DNA from: Sinorhizobium meliloti
GTDB lineage: Bacteria; Pseudomonadota; Alphaproteobacteria; Rhizobiales; Rhizobiaceae
Assembly (NCBI RefSeq): GCF_017876815.1
Contig: NZ_JAGIOS010000001.1
Span: forward strand, 2,040,001 to 2,072,000
Length of the DNA stretch: 32,000 nucleotides
Direction: 5' to 3'
Shown: positions 1 to 9,549 of the stretch, in pieces
How positions within the stretch are numbered: position 1 is the stretch's first letter
Layout: every line of letters begins with the position of its first letter
Program-made: the position numbers and the translations under genes
Notes under the pieces: generated by a model
Seen by the model: only the letters and a program-made list of their open reading frames with translations
The model's database searches: none
Told to the model about the DNA's origin: nothing

Positions 1-1
1 G

Positions 2-289
2 GACCCCGCGCGGTTCTGGCGGCTTACCGTCCGGGAAATCACCGTCATCCTTGAGGGCTGCGCTAATCGCCTGAAACGCCAGCATAACGAGCGGGCGTGG
101 CTGGCTTGGCATATCGAGGCGCTCGCCCGCCAGACCCGACTCCCGAAACTGAAAACGCTTCTCCACGGCGCGCCCGCCGGCAAGCGCCGCATGTCGCCCG
201 AGGAAATCGAGGCGGTGGCGCGCACGTGGCTCGCCTCAAGGCAGAGGAAAAATCATGACATCAGCGGTCATCGGCGCCCTCCGGGTTAA
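2..289 (+). CDS. Phage tail assembly (chaperone-like) protein, C-terminal part; 5' end outside window
   Basis: Frame is open from the window edge (DPARFWRLTVREITVILEGCANRLKRQHNERAWLAWHIEAL...) to TAA at 287-289. It lies directly upstream of, and overlaps, the tape measure gene. The FWRLT.RE motif recalls the DUF2376 / RcGTA g10.1-type family, judged from memory only. Confidence 0.5.
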   Translation, partial: DPARFWRLTVREITVILEGCANRLKRQHNERAWLAWHIEALARQTRLPKLKTLLHGAPAGKRRMSPEEIEAVARTWLASRQRKNHDISGHRRPPG

Positions 290-2189
290 CCTCGGACTCG
301 ATAGCGCCGCCTTTCAGGATGGATTGAAAAAGGCGCAGTCCGGGCTGTCGCGCTTCGGCTCGATGGCAAAGACTGGGCTCATAGCTGGCGCCGCAGCAGC
401 CGCCGCCGGCTTGGCCGCTTTCGGCGTCTCGGTAAAGGGCGCGATCGACGCCGCCGACGACATGTCGAAAATGGCTCAGAAGATCGGCATTCCGATTGAG
501 GAGCTATCGCGGCTGAAATATGTCGCCGATCTGTCGGGCGTCTCAATGCAGACGCTTGCCACCGGGGTCCGCAAACTCTCCGTCAATATGACCGACGCGC
601 TGGCCAAGCCCACCAGCGAGGTGGCGGCGGCCTTCCAGAAGCTCGGTATTGAATTGACCAACGCTGATGGCTCGATGCGGTCGTCGCAAGATGTCCTCGT
701 CCAGCTGTCCGACAAATTCGCGGCCATGCCGGATGGCGCGGAAAAAACCGCGCTGGCGATGAAGCTCCTCGGTAAATCCGGCGCCGAAATGATTCCGCTG
801 CTGAATGGCGGCTCGGCGGCCTTGAGCCAGATGATGGCCGAGGCCGATTCCTTCGGGCAGGTTTTCTCGAAGGAAATGGGCGCAAATGCCGAGGCCTTCA
901 ATGACAATATTTCGCGGCTGACCGGCGTCATCGGCAATCTCGCCGCGCGGGTGGCGACCCAACTCCTGCCGCATATGGTCGCCTTCTCCGAATGGCTCGT
1001 CCAGAACGCCCCGGCAATCGCCAACTTCGCCGTCAAGATGGTGGAATTCGGCGCGGGCGTCGCTGAACTCGGGATGGCAATCGGAAAGCTCGGGCAGGAC
1101 ATTACTGCGCTGGTGACGGGCGCGTGGGCGGAATTCGAGGCGGCTTGGAACCGCATCATCGAGAAGCGCAATCAGCTTGTCGCCGCGATGCAGTCGTTCG
1201 GGCAGGAGGTCATTGCGGCCTTCATGGCGCTGCCCGCGCGCATGGCGGAAGTCGGCGGGCAGATCATTGATGGGCTCTGGAATGCCATCAAAGCACGGTG
1301 GGAGGTGGTCAAGGCCGGCCTCGCCGCGTTCGGGCACGAAATCGTCGCCGCCTTCAAAGCGATCCCCGGCCAAATGGCCGCGATCGGCACAGATATTATT
1401 GATGGCCTCTATAGCGGCATTCAGCAAAGGTGGAACGCCGTCAAAGGCGGCCTTTCCTCGATCGGCCATGGCGTCATCAATTTCATCAAAAACCCGCTCC
1501 AGACGCACTCGCCGTCGCGCGTCATGCATGAAATCGGCGGCTACGTCATTCAGGGCCTCGCCAATGGCATCATGGCCAACCAGCCTTTGGCATTGAGCGC
1601 CGCGCAAGAATCCGCCGGGGCGATCACAGGCGCCTTCAATGGCGTGCAGCAGATCGGCGGCACGATTTCCGGGATGCTTACCAGCGCGTTCCAGGGCCTT
1701 ATAGACGGCTCCAAAAAGGTCAAGGACGTTCTGAAAGACCTTCTCGGCCAGCTGGCGCAAATGCTGGTGAACCAAGCGTTCCAAACGCTGTTCGGCGGCG
1801 GCGGTGGTGGGAGCGATCCATGGGCCGGCCTCCGCTCCGTACGCGGCGGCGGTGGTGGTGGAATCTTTGGCTTGATCGGCAGTCTGTTCGGCTTTGCCAA
1901 TGGCGGCTCGTTCAAAGTCGGCGGGGCCGGCGGCGCCGATAGCCAGATTGTCGCCTTCCGCGCCTCGCCGAATGAGCGCGTCAGCGTCACCAAGCCGGGG
2001 CAGGAGACGCGGCACGGTGCCCCGGTCGCGGTCCAGGTCGGCGTGACTGTCGATGATGACGGCAGAATTCGCGCCTATGTGACCGACATGGGCTCCAAGG
2101 CGGCGCAGACGGGCGCGGCAATGGCCGTGCGGCAAGTCAAGTCCAGCATGCCGCACCTGATCGCCAACGCGCAATCGCGGTCAATGTGA
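255..2189 (+). CDS. Phage tail tape measure protein (644 aa)
   Basis: ATG at 255 follows GAGGAAAAATC. The protein is long, Ala/Gly-rich and predicted helical, with internal 44-aa repeats and two poly-Gly runs (GGGGGGS, GGGGGG). It sits between the tail chaperone and the tail-tip genes. Confidence 0.85.
   Translation: MTSAVIGALRVNLGLDSAAFQDGLKKAQSGLSRFGSMAKTGLIAGAAAAAAGLAAFGVSVKGAIDAADDMSKMAQKIGIPIEELSRLKYVADLSGVSMQTLATGVRKLSVNMTDALAKPTSEVAAAFQKLGIELTNADGSMRSSQDVLVQLSDKFAAMPDGAEKTALAMKLLGKSGAEMIPLLNGGSAALSQMMAEADSFGQVFSKEMGANAEAFNDNISRLTGVIGNLAARVATQLLPHMVAFSEWLVQNAPAIANFAVKMVEFGAGVAELGMAIGKLGQDITALVTGAWAEFEAAWNRIIEKRNQLVAAMQSFGQEVIAAFMALPARMAEVGGQIIDGLWNAIKARWEVVKAGLAAFGHEIVAAFKAIPGQMAAIGTDIIDGLYSGIQQRWNAVKGGLSSIGHGVINFIKNPLQTHSPSRVMHEIGGYVIQGLANGIMANQPLALSAAQESAGAITGAFNGVQQIGGTISGMLTSAFQGLIDGSKKVKDVLKDLLGQLAQMLVNQAFQTLFGGGGGGSDPWAGLRSVRGGGGGGIFGLIGSLFGFANGGSFKVGGAGGADSQIVAFRASPNERVSVTKPGQETRHGAPVAVQVGVTVDDDGRIRAYVTDMGSKAAQTGAAMAVRQVKSSMPHLIANAQSRSM
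1197..1460 (+). repeat. Two tandem 132-nt (44-aa) in-frame repeats inside the tape measure gene
   Basis: FGQEVIAAFMALPARMAEVGGQIIDGLWNAIKARWEVVKAGLAA versus FGHEIVAAFKAIPGQMAAIGTDIIDGLYSGIQQRWNAVKGGLSS. By hand alignment 23 of 44 residues are identical. Weaker partial copies flank both sides. Confidence 0.7.
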
Positions 2190-2872
2190 TCATGACGCTA
2201 CGTTGGCCGCTCGATATCTTGCCGCCGCGCGAGATTGTCGCCGATATCGCCCCGCGATCCATGGCCGCCCCGGCCGCCGTGTCCGGGGTCCAGCAAGTCG
2301 TCGCGTCCGACGCTGGCCTCTGGAAAGTCGCCTTCGGCGGCATCCCGGTTGTCAATGGCAATGCGGTGCTGACGTGGCGGGCGATCGCGGCCACGCTTGA
2401 GGGCCGTATCCAGCCGATCCTCGTCCCGCTTTCGCACTGGTATCAGCCGGAGCCGCCCAATGCCGAGGCGCTCGGTCTCTGGAACCCGGTGGCGCATTCC
2501 GACAATACCCGCTTTACCGATGGCACCGGCTATCAGGGCTCGGTCAATGACGTGCGCCTTCTCTCGGCCGTCGCATCGCGCGCGGTCTCGGCGACGTTCA
2601 ATGTCGTTGCGGCCGGCGCCAAGATGCAGCCCGGCCAAATCTTCTCCCTCGGCGAGCGGCTTTATCGGCTGCGCACCGTCACTTGGACATCGGCCACAGT
2701 CGCGGCGGTGACATTCCGGCCGCCGGCCCGCGAGGCCGCCGCAGCCAGCCAGCGGGTGGAGCTTGATGATCCAGTGTGCCGGATGCGCCTTGCCTCCGAT
2801 GCCGAAATGGACCTGCCGCTGGATTATGGCCGCTGGTCCTTCCCCACCGTCAATTTCATCGAGGATGTTTGA
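2186..2872 (+). CDS. Phage tail-tip protein (distal-tail-protein position, RcGTA g12-like placement)
   Basis: GTG at 2186 overlaps the TMP stop (ATGTGA); an alternative ATG lies at 2192. The assignment rests on its position right after the tape measure. No motif was recognised by eye. Confidence 0.55.
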   Translation: MIMTLRWPLDILPPREIVADIAPRSMAAPAAVSGVQQVVASDAGLWKVAFGGIPVVNGNAVLTWRAIAATLEGRIQPILVPLSHWYQPEPPNAEALGLWNPVAHSDNTRFTDGTGYQGSVNDVRLLSAVASRAVSATFNVVAAGAKMQPGQIFSLGERLYRLRTVTWTSATVAAVTFRPPAREAAAASQRVELDDPVCRMRLASDAEMDLPLDYGRWSFPTVNFIEDV

Positions 2873-3465
2873 TGTCGTCGTTTTTCAGTGCCGACCAGAT
2901 CGAGGCAATGAGCGGCGCCGTTGTGCGCTGCGACTTGCTGGTCGAGATGGCGTTCCGATCGGAAACTATTCGCGTCTGGAATGGCAATACCGAGCTTATG
3001 GCCGGCGGCAGGAAATGGCTCCCGATGTATGGCTATGGCATCGTGGACGGCCTTTCCATGCCAACGTCGGCCGTCTCCGAATCCATCACGCTACAGCTGA
3101 ACGGCCTGCCAAATCAGGCGGCCGATTTCCTGAAAGTCGCGATTGATGAAACGCCCGAGGTCGATCAGCAGACCGTCACCGTTTTCATCCAGCTATTCAA
3201 CGAGGATTGGCAACCGTTCGGGGTCCCGGCGCCGATCTGGTGGGGCTACATGCAGCCGCCCCGCATTTCCCGGACCCAAGTCCGCGACCTTGAAGGCGCG
3301 GTTCAGACAATCACGCTGACGGCCGAGAATGCTTTCTTCGGTCGATCGCGCCCGCCCTTCGGCCGCTACACGGATCGCGACCAGCAGAACCGCTCGCCTG
3401 GCGACCGCTTTTTCCAGTTCACGGCCAGCCTCGTCTACAAATCATTCCGCTACCCGGATTACTGA
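2872..3465 (+). CDS. Phage tail-tip / hub protein (RcGTA g13-like placement)
   Basis: ATG at 2872 overlaps the upstream stop (TGATG). It is 197 aa, starting MSSFFSADQIEAMSGAVVRCDLLVEMAF. The upstream extension of the track ORF (2776) lies inside the previous gene. The assignment is positional. Confidence 0.55.
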   Translation: MSSFFSADQIEAMSGAVVRCDLLVEMAFRSETIRVWNGNTELMAGGRKWLPMYGYGIVDGLSMPTSAVSESITLQLNGLPNQAADFLKVAIDETPEVDQQTVTVFIQLFNEDWQPFGVPAPIWWGYMQPPRISRTQVRDLEGAVQTITLTAENAFFGRSRPPFGRYTDRDQQNRSPGDRFFQFTASLVYKSFRYPDY

Positions 3466-3863
3466 TGACGGTTGATGAATTCATCACGGCCGAGCTTTCC
3501 CGGCCGTTTTCATGGGGCAAGAGCGATTGCGCCGCCATGGCCGATCGCTGGGTGCAGGCCGTCGCCGGCTTTTCCCCTATGGACCTTTTCGGCCGCCGCC
3601 ACCGCGACGAGGCCGAGGCTCTGGAATGGCTGCGCGAGCCCGGCAGCATTGCCGTGGCCGTCAATCGCGTGATGCGCGCCGCTGGCTTCAAGAAAACCGC
3701 CGAGCCAAGGATTGGCGACGTGGGGCTCGTCTTCCATGAGGGCCGGCTTTGCGTGGCGATCCTCGCGGGGTCGGTATGGATTTGCCGCGATGAGTCCGGC
3801 CTGATCGGCGTCGCACCGGCCGCGCTTTGGAAGGCGTGGAGGATCGAATGCCTGCGGCGGTAG
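3465..3863 (+). CDS. Small tail-associated NlpC/P60-like (lambda gpK / RcGTA g14-like) protein
   Basis: ATG overlaps the upstream stop (TGATG). It is 132 aa with PFSWGKSDCAAMADRW, resembling the catalytic-Cys motif of phage cell-wall peptidases. It sits immediately before the host-specificity gene. Confidence 0.55.
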   Translation: MTVDEFITAELSRPFSWGKSDCAAMADRWVQAVAGFSPMDLFGRRHRDEAEALEWLREPGSIAVAVNRVMRAAGFKKTAEPRIGDVGLVFHEGRLCVAILAGSVWICRDESGLIGVAPAALWKAWRIECLRR

Positions 3864-6271
3864 TGGGCATCATTGGGGCGATCGGCGCCGCCGTATCCGG
3901 GATCGCCTCCACCGTCGCCGGATTGTTCGGGGCGATCGGCTCCACCGCGATCGGCACCGCCTTGCTGAAACTCGGCCTGTCCATCGGCCTGTCCTATCTG
4001 GTCAGCGCGTTCAACAGGCCGAAGCAACCCAAGCCCGAGGACGTGCAGCAATCGTTCCGGCAGGCGACGGCGCCGAGGGTCCGCCATTACGGCCGGGCGA
4101 AAGCCTCCGGGACATGGGTCTTTGCCGAGGCCAAGGGCGGGCATTTCTACAAGGTCCTCGCGATCGGGCAGGGGGAAATTGATGCGATTGAGGAATACTG
4201 GATTGATGATAAGCAGGTCACGCCCGATGCCGTGACCGGCAAGACCGGGACGAATGTTCGGCTCCGCGCGCGCCTCGGCAAAACCACCGAGACCTATTAC
4301 GACGAGCTTGCCGCCGTCTTCCCGGATAGCTGGACGGCCGAGCATCGCGGCGACGGCGTGGCGTCGGTTTTCGTGACGCAATACGCGGTCGAGCAAAAAA
4401 ACTACCTGCGCAATTTCCCGAACGGCATCAACACCACCGTCCGCCTCGTCTTCCGGGGCGCCAAGGTCAAAAATCCGATTACCGGCGCGACCGCATGGAG
4501 CGACAACGCCGCTGCGGTGATCCGGGATTACATGACGCATCAGGATGGCATGCGCCTCCCGGAGAAATTCGTCGCCACCGCCAAGGCCCACGCGGGCTGG
4601 CGCACGGCTTTTACGCGGGCGGCGGAAACGGTCCCGCTCAAGGGCGGATTGTCCGAGCCGCGCTATCGCCTTTGGGGCTCCTACCAGATGGACGAGCGGC
4701 CGGCCGACGTGCTGAGCCGCATGCTGGCCGCCTGCGATGGCCGGTTGGTGCCGACTGCTGACGGCGGGCTGACGCTGGATATCGGAACGTGGGCCGAGCC
4801 GGCGGTGGTCCTCGATAACGACTCAATCACCGGCTTTTCCGAGCTTGGCCGTGGCCGCGATATCCTGACGACCGCAAACACCGTCCGCGCCACGTTTCTT
4901 GATCCGTCGCAGGATTATCAGGCGGCCGACGCCGATCCGTGGGTCGATGCCGAGGACGTATCCCTTCGGGGCGAGATCGAGCAGGACATTCAGCTGAATA
5001 TGGCGCCAAGCCACAGCCAAGCGCGGCGGCTGATGAAATTGGCGGCGTGGCGGGCGAATCCCGCATGGATTGCCACCTTCCAATGTAACCTGCGCGGCCT
5101 CGCCGCCTTCGGCGAACGCTTCGTCCGGATCGATTATCCGTTGCTCGGCATCAACTCCGTTTTCGAAGTGGACGATTTCCGCTTTGTCATCGATGAGGGC
5201 GGGCTTCTGGTCGGCGTGACCATTCAGGTGCACTCGATGCCGGCCACCGCCTATTCATGGGACCCGGATCAGGAACAGGGCGACGCGCCGGTATCTGAGA
5301 ATTCCGAGACCGACGACGAAATCCCGGTGCCCGACCCGCCGACAGTGACCTTCGTCGGCATGGCCGCCGAGCTTTCCTTTGAGCCGTCGCCGTCGCCGAT
5401 CCTCAATATTGAGGCGCGCTGGAAGCGGACAAACCAGAGCACGTGGACGGAGTCCGGCGTGCTGGCCAATGCCGCGTCCACCTTCACGACCCCGGCGCTA
5501 ACAGAGAACGTCGAATATGAATTCCAGCTTCGCTATGTGACCGAGCGCGGCTTGGAGGGCAATTGGTCGGTGAGTGCGCTCGGCACGCCAAGCGGCGATC
5601 CGGCGGCGCTCGACTCCTTCACAGCGGTCGGCGGGTTGGGCCGCGCCACGCTCAATTTCGATACCGCGACCGTGGACGGCAATCTCAACACCATTGCCAT
5701 CTACCGCGTGCCATTCGGCCAAGCGCTGAACAAGACGACGCATTTCCTTACCCGGATTTCGGCCGCTCCGAACGATACGATATCGCTGACCGATGGCGAC
5801 GCGACACCCGTCAATCTGCTCACCAATCCGGGATTTTCGAGCGACGTGGGCTGGACGACGACCGCCGGGTGGGCAATCGCCAACGGCAAGGCATCGCACG
5901 CGCTCGGCGTCTATGGCGGCATTTCTCAGGCGGTCACGCTGGCGGCGGGCACTGTCTATCGCATCGCATATACCATCCTCGATTACGACGCCGGGGCGCT
6001 CCAAACGCGCCTGACCGGCGGCACCCCCGTTGATGGCGAGTGGATTTGGGGCAATGAGCGGAAATTGCTCAAGCTGACCGCCGCCAGCGGAAACACCACG
6101 TTCCAGGTGGACGCATCGACCGACTTCGGCGGCTCGATCGATGACGCCGTGATCTTCGCGGAAACCGGCACATGCGCGCCGCAGGGCGTGTGGAATTACT
6201 ACGCGATCCCCGAAAACGCGGCGCTGGTCGAGGGGCCGGCATCCGGCCCGGTGACCGCAACAATCATCTGA
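3848..6271 (+). CDS. Host-specificity / central tail fibre protein (gpJ-like, Phage-tail_3-type), 807 aa
   Basis: ATG at 3848 follows GGAGGATCGA. The N-terminus has a Gly-zipper hydrophobic segment. VLAIGQGEIDAIEEYWIDDKQV is typical of J-like tail proteins. The C-terminal domain begins NLLTNPGFSSDVGW. Confidence 0.8.
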   Translation: MPAAVVGIIGAIGAAVSGIASTVAGLFGAIGSTAIGTALLKLGLSIGLSYLVSAFNRPKQPKPEDVQQSFRQATAPRVRHYGRAKASGTWVFAEAKGGHFYKVLAIGQGEIDAIEEYWIDDKQVTPDAVTGKTGTNVRLRARLGKTTETYYDELAAVFPDSWTAEHRGDGVASVFVTQYAVEQKNYLRNFPNGINTTVRLVFRGAKVKNPITGATAWSDNAAAVIRDYMTHQDGMRLPEKFVATAKAHAGWRTAFTRAAETVPLKGGLSEPRYRLWGSYQMDERPADVLSRMLAACDGRLVPTADGGLTLDIGTWAEPAVVLDNDSITGFSELGRGRDILTTANTVRATFLDPSQDYQAADADPWVDAEDVSLRGEIEQDIQLNMAPSHSQARRLMKLAAWRANPAWIATFQCNLRGLAAFGERFVRIDYPLLGINSVFEVDDFRFVIDEGGLLVGVTIQVHSMPATAYSWDPDQEQGDAPVSENSETDDEIPVPDPPTVTFVGMAAELSFEPSPSPILNIEARWKRTNQSTWTESGVLANAASTFTTPALTENVEYEFQLRYVTERGLEGNWSVSALGTPSGDPAALDSFTAVGGLGRATLNFDTATVDGNLNTIAIYRVPFGQALNKTTHFLTRISAAPNDTISLTDGDATPVNLLTNPGFSSDVGWTTTAGWAIANGKASHALGVYGGISQAVTLAAGTVYRIAYTILDYDAGALQTRLTGGTPVDGEWIWGNERKLLKLTAASGNTTFQVDASTDFGGSIDDAVIFAETGTCAPQGVWNYYAIPENAALVEGPASGPVTATII

Positions 6272-6286
6272 TAAGGGAGAAATCGA

Positions 6287-6496
6287 ATGGCTACGGCAAA
6301 CGAAATCTGGCGCGATTTCAATGTGGACGGCGTTCCGTCTTCCGGTCCCTATGATCCCGAAAAATCGCAAATCCGGCAGTGGGGCATGGAGCGGGTGGGG
6401 TCCACCGCCGTCTCCACGATCGTCAAGCTGACGCAGGCGCAATACAATGCGCTCGGCACCAAGGACGCCAACACGCTCTACATCATCGTCGGTTAG
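6287..6496 (+). CDS. Small tail-fibre-associated protein (69 aa)
   Basis: RBS is AAGGGAGAAATCGA-ATG. The C-terminal LTQAQYNALGTKDANTLYIIVG resembles a motif common in phage fibre proteins. Confidence 0.5.
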   Translation: MATANEIWRDFNVDGVPSSGPYDPEKSQIRQWGMERVGSTAVSTIVKLTQAQYNALGTKDANTLYIIVG

Positions 6497-6505
6497 GCCC
6501 ACTCC

Positions 6506-7312
6506 ATGTATGTCGGAACCGGCAAGGTCGCCGCCCTCCACGTGGGCAGCGATCTGATCAGCCGCGCCTATCTTGGCGATGAGATTGTTTATCCGCCGGG
6601 CTCCTATCCGCTCGGGTCCCTCTCGACCTTGGCATGGTGGCGCGCCGATGATGCCTCGTCGCTGACGCTTGTCGGCGGCAAGGTTTCGCAATGGCGCGAT
6701 GTGATCGCCGGCCATGCCATGGCGCAAGGCACTGATGCTCGCCGGCCGGTCTATTCGGCTACCAGTTTTGCCGCATCGCCAGGCGTCACGTTCTCATCCT
6801 CCGGGCAAACCTATCTATCGATGAGCACCTCGCCGTGGCCGGTCGAGGGCGATGAAGGCGCGGTGTTGATCGTCTGCGATCAGCTTTCGCCCGCCAGCGC
6901 GACCGTGCCGAAGACTCTCTTTTCCTATGGCAACACCGCTTTCACGCAACGCAAGGTCCAGCGCCTTGTCGTAGCGGGCGTCAATCGCGCGGCGGCGGAT
7001 ATCGGCAACACCTTTTCGACTTATCCGATCTATGAGGGCACACAGAACTTTTCCGGCATCCATGCCGTCACCGCCTTTTTCGGCGATGTGAATACGACCG
7101 TGGCGATCGAGGACGAGTTTGCCGGCGTCAACACGCTGGCTTTGCGCACCGAGGCCGGGCGGACCCGGATCGGCGCCGATGCCTTGGCGGCGCCCACCCA
7201 ATATTGCGACTGCATTATTCGAGATGTGGTCATCGTCGATACCACCACCATGAAGCCCGGCGAGTTTGACCGCTTCATCAATTGGGCGAGCGGCAGGAGG
7301 AATCCGGTGTGA
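6506..7312 (+). CDS. Tail fibre-like protein (268 aa)
   Basis: The N-terminal motif AALHVGSDLISRAYLGDEIVY is shared with the N-terminus of the next gene. RBS is weak. The gene end overlaps the next start (GTGA). Confidence 0.55.
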   Translation: MYVGTGKVAALHVGSDLISRAYLGDEIVYPPGSYPLGSLSTLAWWRADDASSLTLVGGKVSQWRDVIAGHAMAQGTDARRPVYSATSFAASPGVTFSSSGQTYLSMSTSPWPVEGDEGAVLIVCDQLSPASATVPKTLFSYGNTAFTQRKVQRLVVAGVNRAAADIGNTFSTYPIYEGTQNFSGIHAVTAFFGDVNTTVAIEDEFAGVNTLALRTEAGRTRIGADALAAPTQYCDCIIRDVVIVDTTTMKPGEFDRFINWASGRRNPV

Positions 7313-9528
7313 TCAACCTTGGCAGCGCTGAGATCGCCGATCTCCGGGTCGGCGCCAGTCAGGTCGCCCGCGTCTATCTCGGCGAAGACATTATCTGGCA
7401 ACCGAACTTCGACTCGCTGCCTGCCGCGATCTACTTCTCGGCCGCCGGCAATGATGATACCGGCGCCGGGACGCAGGCCAGCCCTTTTAAGACGCTCAAG
7501 ATGGCAAACGCCGTCGCGAGGGCCGGCAAGACGCTCTATTTCCGGGGCCGCGACACCTTCACCGGAACGCTGCTTGCTCGGCCCGGCTGCGTCTACAATT
7601 CCTATGGCACCGGTAAAGCCACGATCAGCTCGGGCAATTCCGAGGCGGTCCTGCTGGACAATGCGGATTTCGCCGAGGTCCGCCGGCTGATCGCGCAAGG
7701 CTCAGGCACGACCGTCAACGGCACGCACGGCATCCGGGCAATCAATAGCCACGCCGAGGCCATTCAGGTCGATGACGTGGTGATCGATAGTTGCGAGGTG
7801 CGCGGCTATGGCCGCAACGGCATTTTCGCGACGGTCGCCAATTATCCGTCCGGGCTTACCGGACTCCAGATCACCACCAATATCGTTGAGGATTGCACCC
7901 AAAACGACGAGCGCGGTCATACCGGCGGCATCATCGTCGCGGCCGAGGAGGCGGACTTTTGGGGGCTGGCGACCTATCCCGCATCGCACCGGGATGTCGT
8001 CGTCAGCGGCAATACCGTCCGCCGCTGCAAGGGCAAGCGGGACGCGCCCAATCACGTCGGGTCCGGGATCATCGTCGCGCAGACTGAGGGCGGGCTGGTC
8101 GAGAACAATCTCGCCGAGGACTGCGGCGAAAACTCCACCAACCAAGCCGGCCCGGTCGGCATATGGGCGTGGGATGCGATCGGCGTCGTGATCCGCAAGA
8201 ACACGGTGCTGCGGCAGCGCTCGGCGCGGTCGGATGGCGGCGGCTTTGATCTGGACGGCGGCTGCAAGGATTGCGTCCTCGAATACAATTTCTCGATGGG
8301 ATGCACCGGCCCCGGCATCATCATTTTCTCGTTCGACGATACCGCCTATCCGGCAAACAAGCTCCTCGATTATTCCAACAACGTCGCCCGCTATAATCTG
8401 TCGGTACGCGATGGCCAGACCGTCCGCTCGGAATTCGGAATGTTCATCGGCACCATGCGGCCGGTCGCCTCGGACTTTCAGAACATCCGCGTCTACAACA
8501 ACACCATCGTTGTCGATACGGTTGGTGCGTTCTCGCCGACATGCCTTTCAATCCAGACGTTCGGCGGCGTCGATTTCAGCCATGCGACCGGCGTCATCGC
8601 CAACAATATCTTTCTCCAGAAAGGCGCCGGGCTGCTGTGCGACGTGCGGACGACCGCAATGCAAATCCACGGCAATTGCTTCCACTCCGTCCAGGGCACC
8701 GCGATGCGGGCGTTCGGCTTCGATTGGGAGACCGTCGATCAATGGATTTCGGCCTCGGGCAATAAGGAATTTCTGCACGGCACCCACACCATCTTTGTCG
8801 ATAACCCGCAGCTGGTGAATGATTCCGGGACCAATCCCGAGGATTTCCGGCCGGCCGATGACTCGCCGCTCTATGGCGTCGGAATGGATATCAACGCGGA
8901 GTTCGGCATTGCGCGCCCGACCGAGGATTTCCTCGGCAACGCGCTTCCGGCGACGCAGGTATTCTTTACGCCCGGCGCTATGGAGCCGGCCACGCCGCTG
9001 CCGAATTTGCTGACATCGCCGAATGTCCTAAACACCGGATGGGAGCTTAACGACATCGATTTGATTTCCGGCCTGCCCGGCATGTTCGGCGGCACATCGG
9101 CGCAGAACATAAGGGTGGATGCCGAGGGCGCGGCGGTCGGCCAGCTGCGCACCTTCACGGCCGGGACCGAGAAGATTTTCCGGCGTGGCGGTTTCGTCAA
9201 ACCCGCCGCCGATGTGATCGCGGCCGTGATCGGCAATCGGCGGCCGGACGAGGCGGATTATTGGTGGACATGGTTCGATATCGTCGCGGGCGAACTGGAC
9301 GATGCCGACGCATGGGGTGCCTATCTGGACTCCGTCCCGCGCTTCCGCATGCAAAAGCGGCCGAACGGCTTCTGGCTGATCATGCACGAAATGAAGGTCC
9401 CGAGCACATGGACGCAGGACAAGTTTTGGGCGCAGCCCTCGGCGCCGCATCCGGTGCGGGGCGGCATCAATGACGTTCTCGGCCGGGGGCTGATCCACGA
9501 CGGGTTCTTTGAGTTCCGCGTCGGCTAA
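7309..9528 (+). CDS. Tailspike / polysaccharide depolymerase with right-handed parallel beta-helix (739 aa)
   Basis: GTG at 7309 follows GGAGGAATCCG and overlaps the upstream stop; the track ORF starts at TTG 7282. Repeated beta-helix-like turns are present (GNTVRRC, ENNLAEDCG, RKNTVL, YNNTIV, ANNIFL). The N-terminus is fibre-like (ADLRVGASQVARVYLGEDIIW). The C-terminal domain begins NLLTSPNVLNTGW. Confidence 0.75.
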   Translation: MINLGSAEIADLRVGASQVARVYLGEDIIWQPNFDSLPAAIYFSAAGNDDTGAGTQASPFKTLKMANAVARAGKTLYFRGRDTFTGTLLARPGCVYNSYGTGKATISSGNSEAVLLDNADFAEVRRLIAQGSGTTVNGTHGIRAINSHAEAIQVDDVVIDSCEVRGYGRNGIFATVANYPSGLTGLQITTNIVEDCTQNDERGHTGGIIVAAEEADFWGLATYPASHRDVVVSGNTVRRCKGKRDAPNHVGSGIIVAQTEGGLVENNLAEDCGENSTNQAGPVGIWAWDAIGVVIRKNTVLRQRSARSDGGGFDLDGGCKDCVLEYNFSMGCTGPGIIIFSFDDTAYPANKLLDYSNNVARYNLSVRDGQTVRSEFGMFIGTMRPVASDFQNIRVYNNTIVVDTVGAFSPTCLSIQTFGGVDFSHATGVIANNIFLQKGAGLLCDVRTTAMQIHGNCFHSVQGTAMRAFGFDWETVDQWISASGNKEFLHGTHTIFVDNPQLVNDSGTNPEDFRPADDSPLYGVGMDINAEFGIARPTEDFLGNALPATQVFFTPGAMEPATPLPNLLTSPNVLNTGWELNDIDLISGLPGMFGGTSAQNIRVDAEGAAVGQLRTFTAGTEKIFRRGGFVKPAADVIAAVIGNRRPDEADYWWTWFDIVAGELDDADAWGAYLDSVPRFRMQKRPNGFWLIMHEMKVPSTWTQDKFWAQPSAPHPVRGGINDVLGRGLIHDGFFEFRVG

Positions 9529-9549
9529 ATCCAATCGATCGGAGAAATC

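Noticed and set aside
543-2174. 543-aa minus-strand ORF (and other track ORFs at 476-1171, 1177-1596, 1550-1993) overlapping the tape measure gene
   Set aside because: These are antisense or off-frame shadows of a GC-rich gene. Composition is Arg/Gly/Ala/Pro-rich and low-complexity, there is no RBS, and the plus-strand TMP frame has clear phage-like features.
3419-6727. Long minus-strand ORFs 3419-4591 (390 aa) and 5498-6727 (409 aa)
   Set aside because: Both lie antisense to the J-like host-specificity gene and its neighbours. Their Arg/Pro/Gly-rich composition is typical of GC3-driven shadow ORFs, and they would break the co-oriented phage operon.
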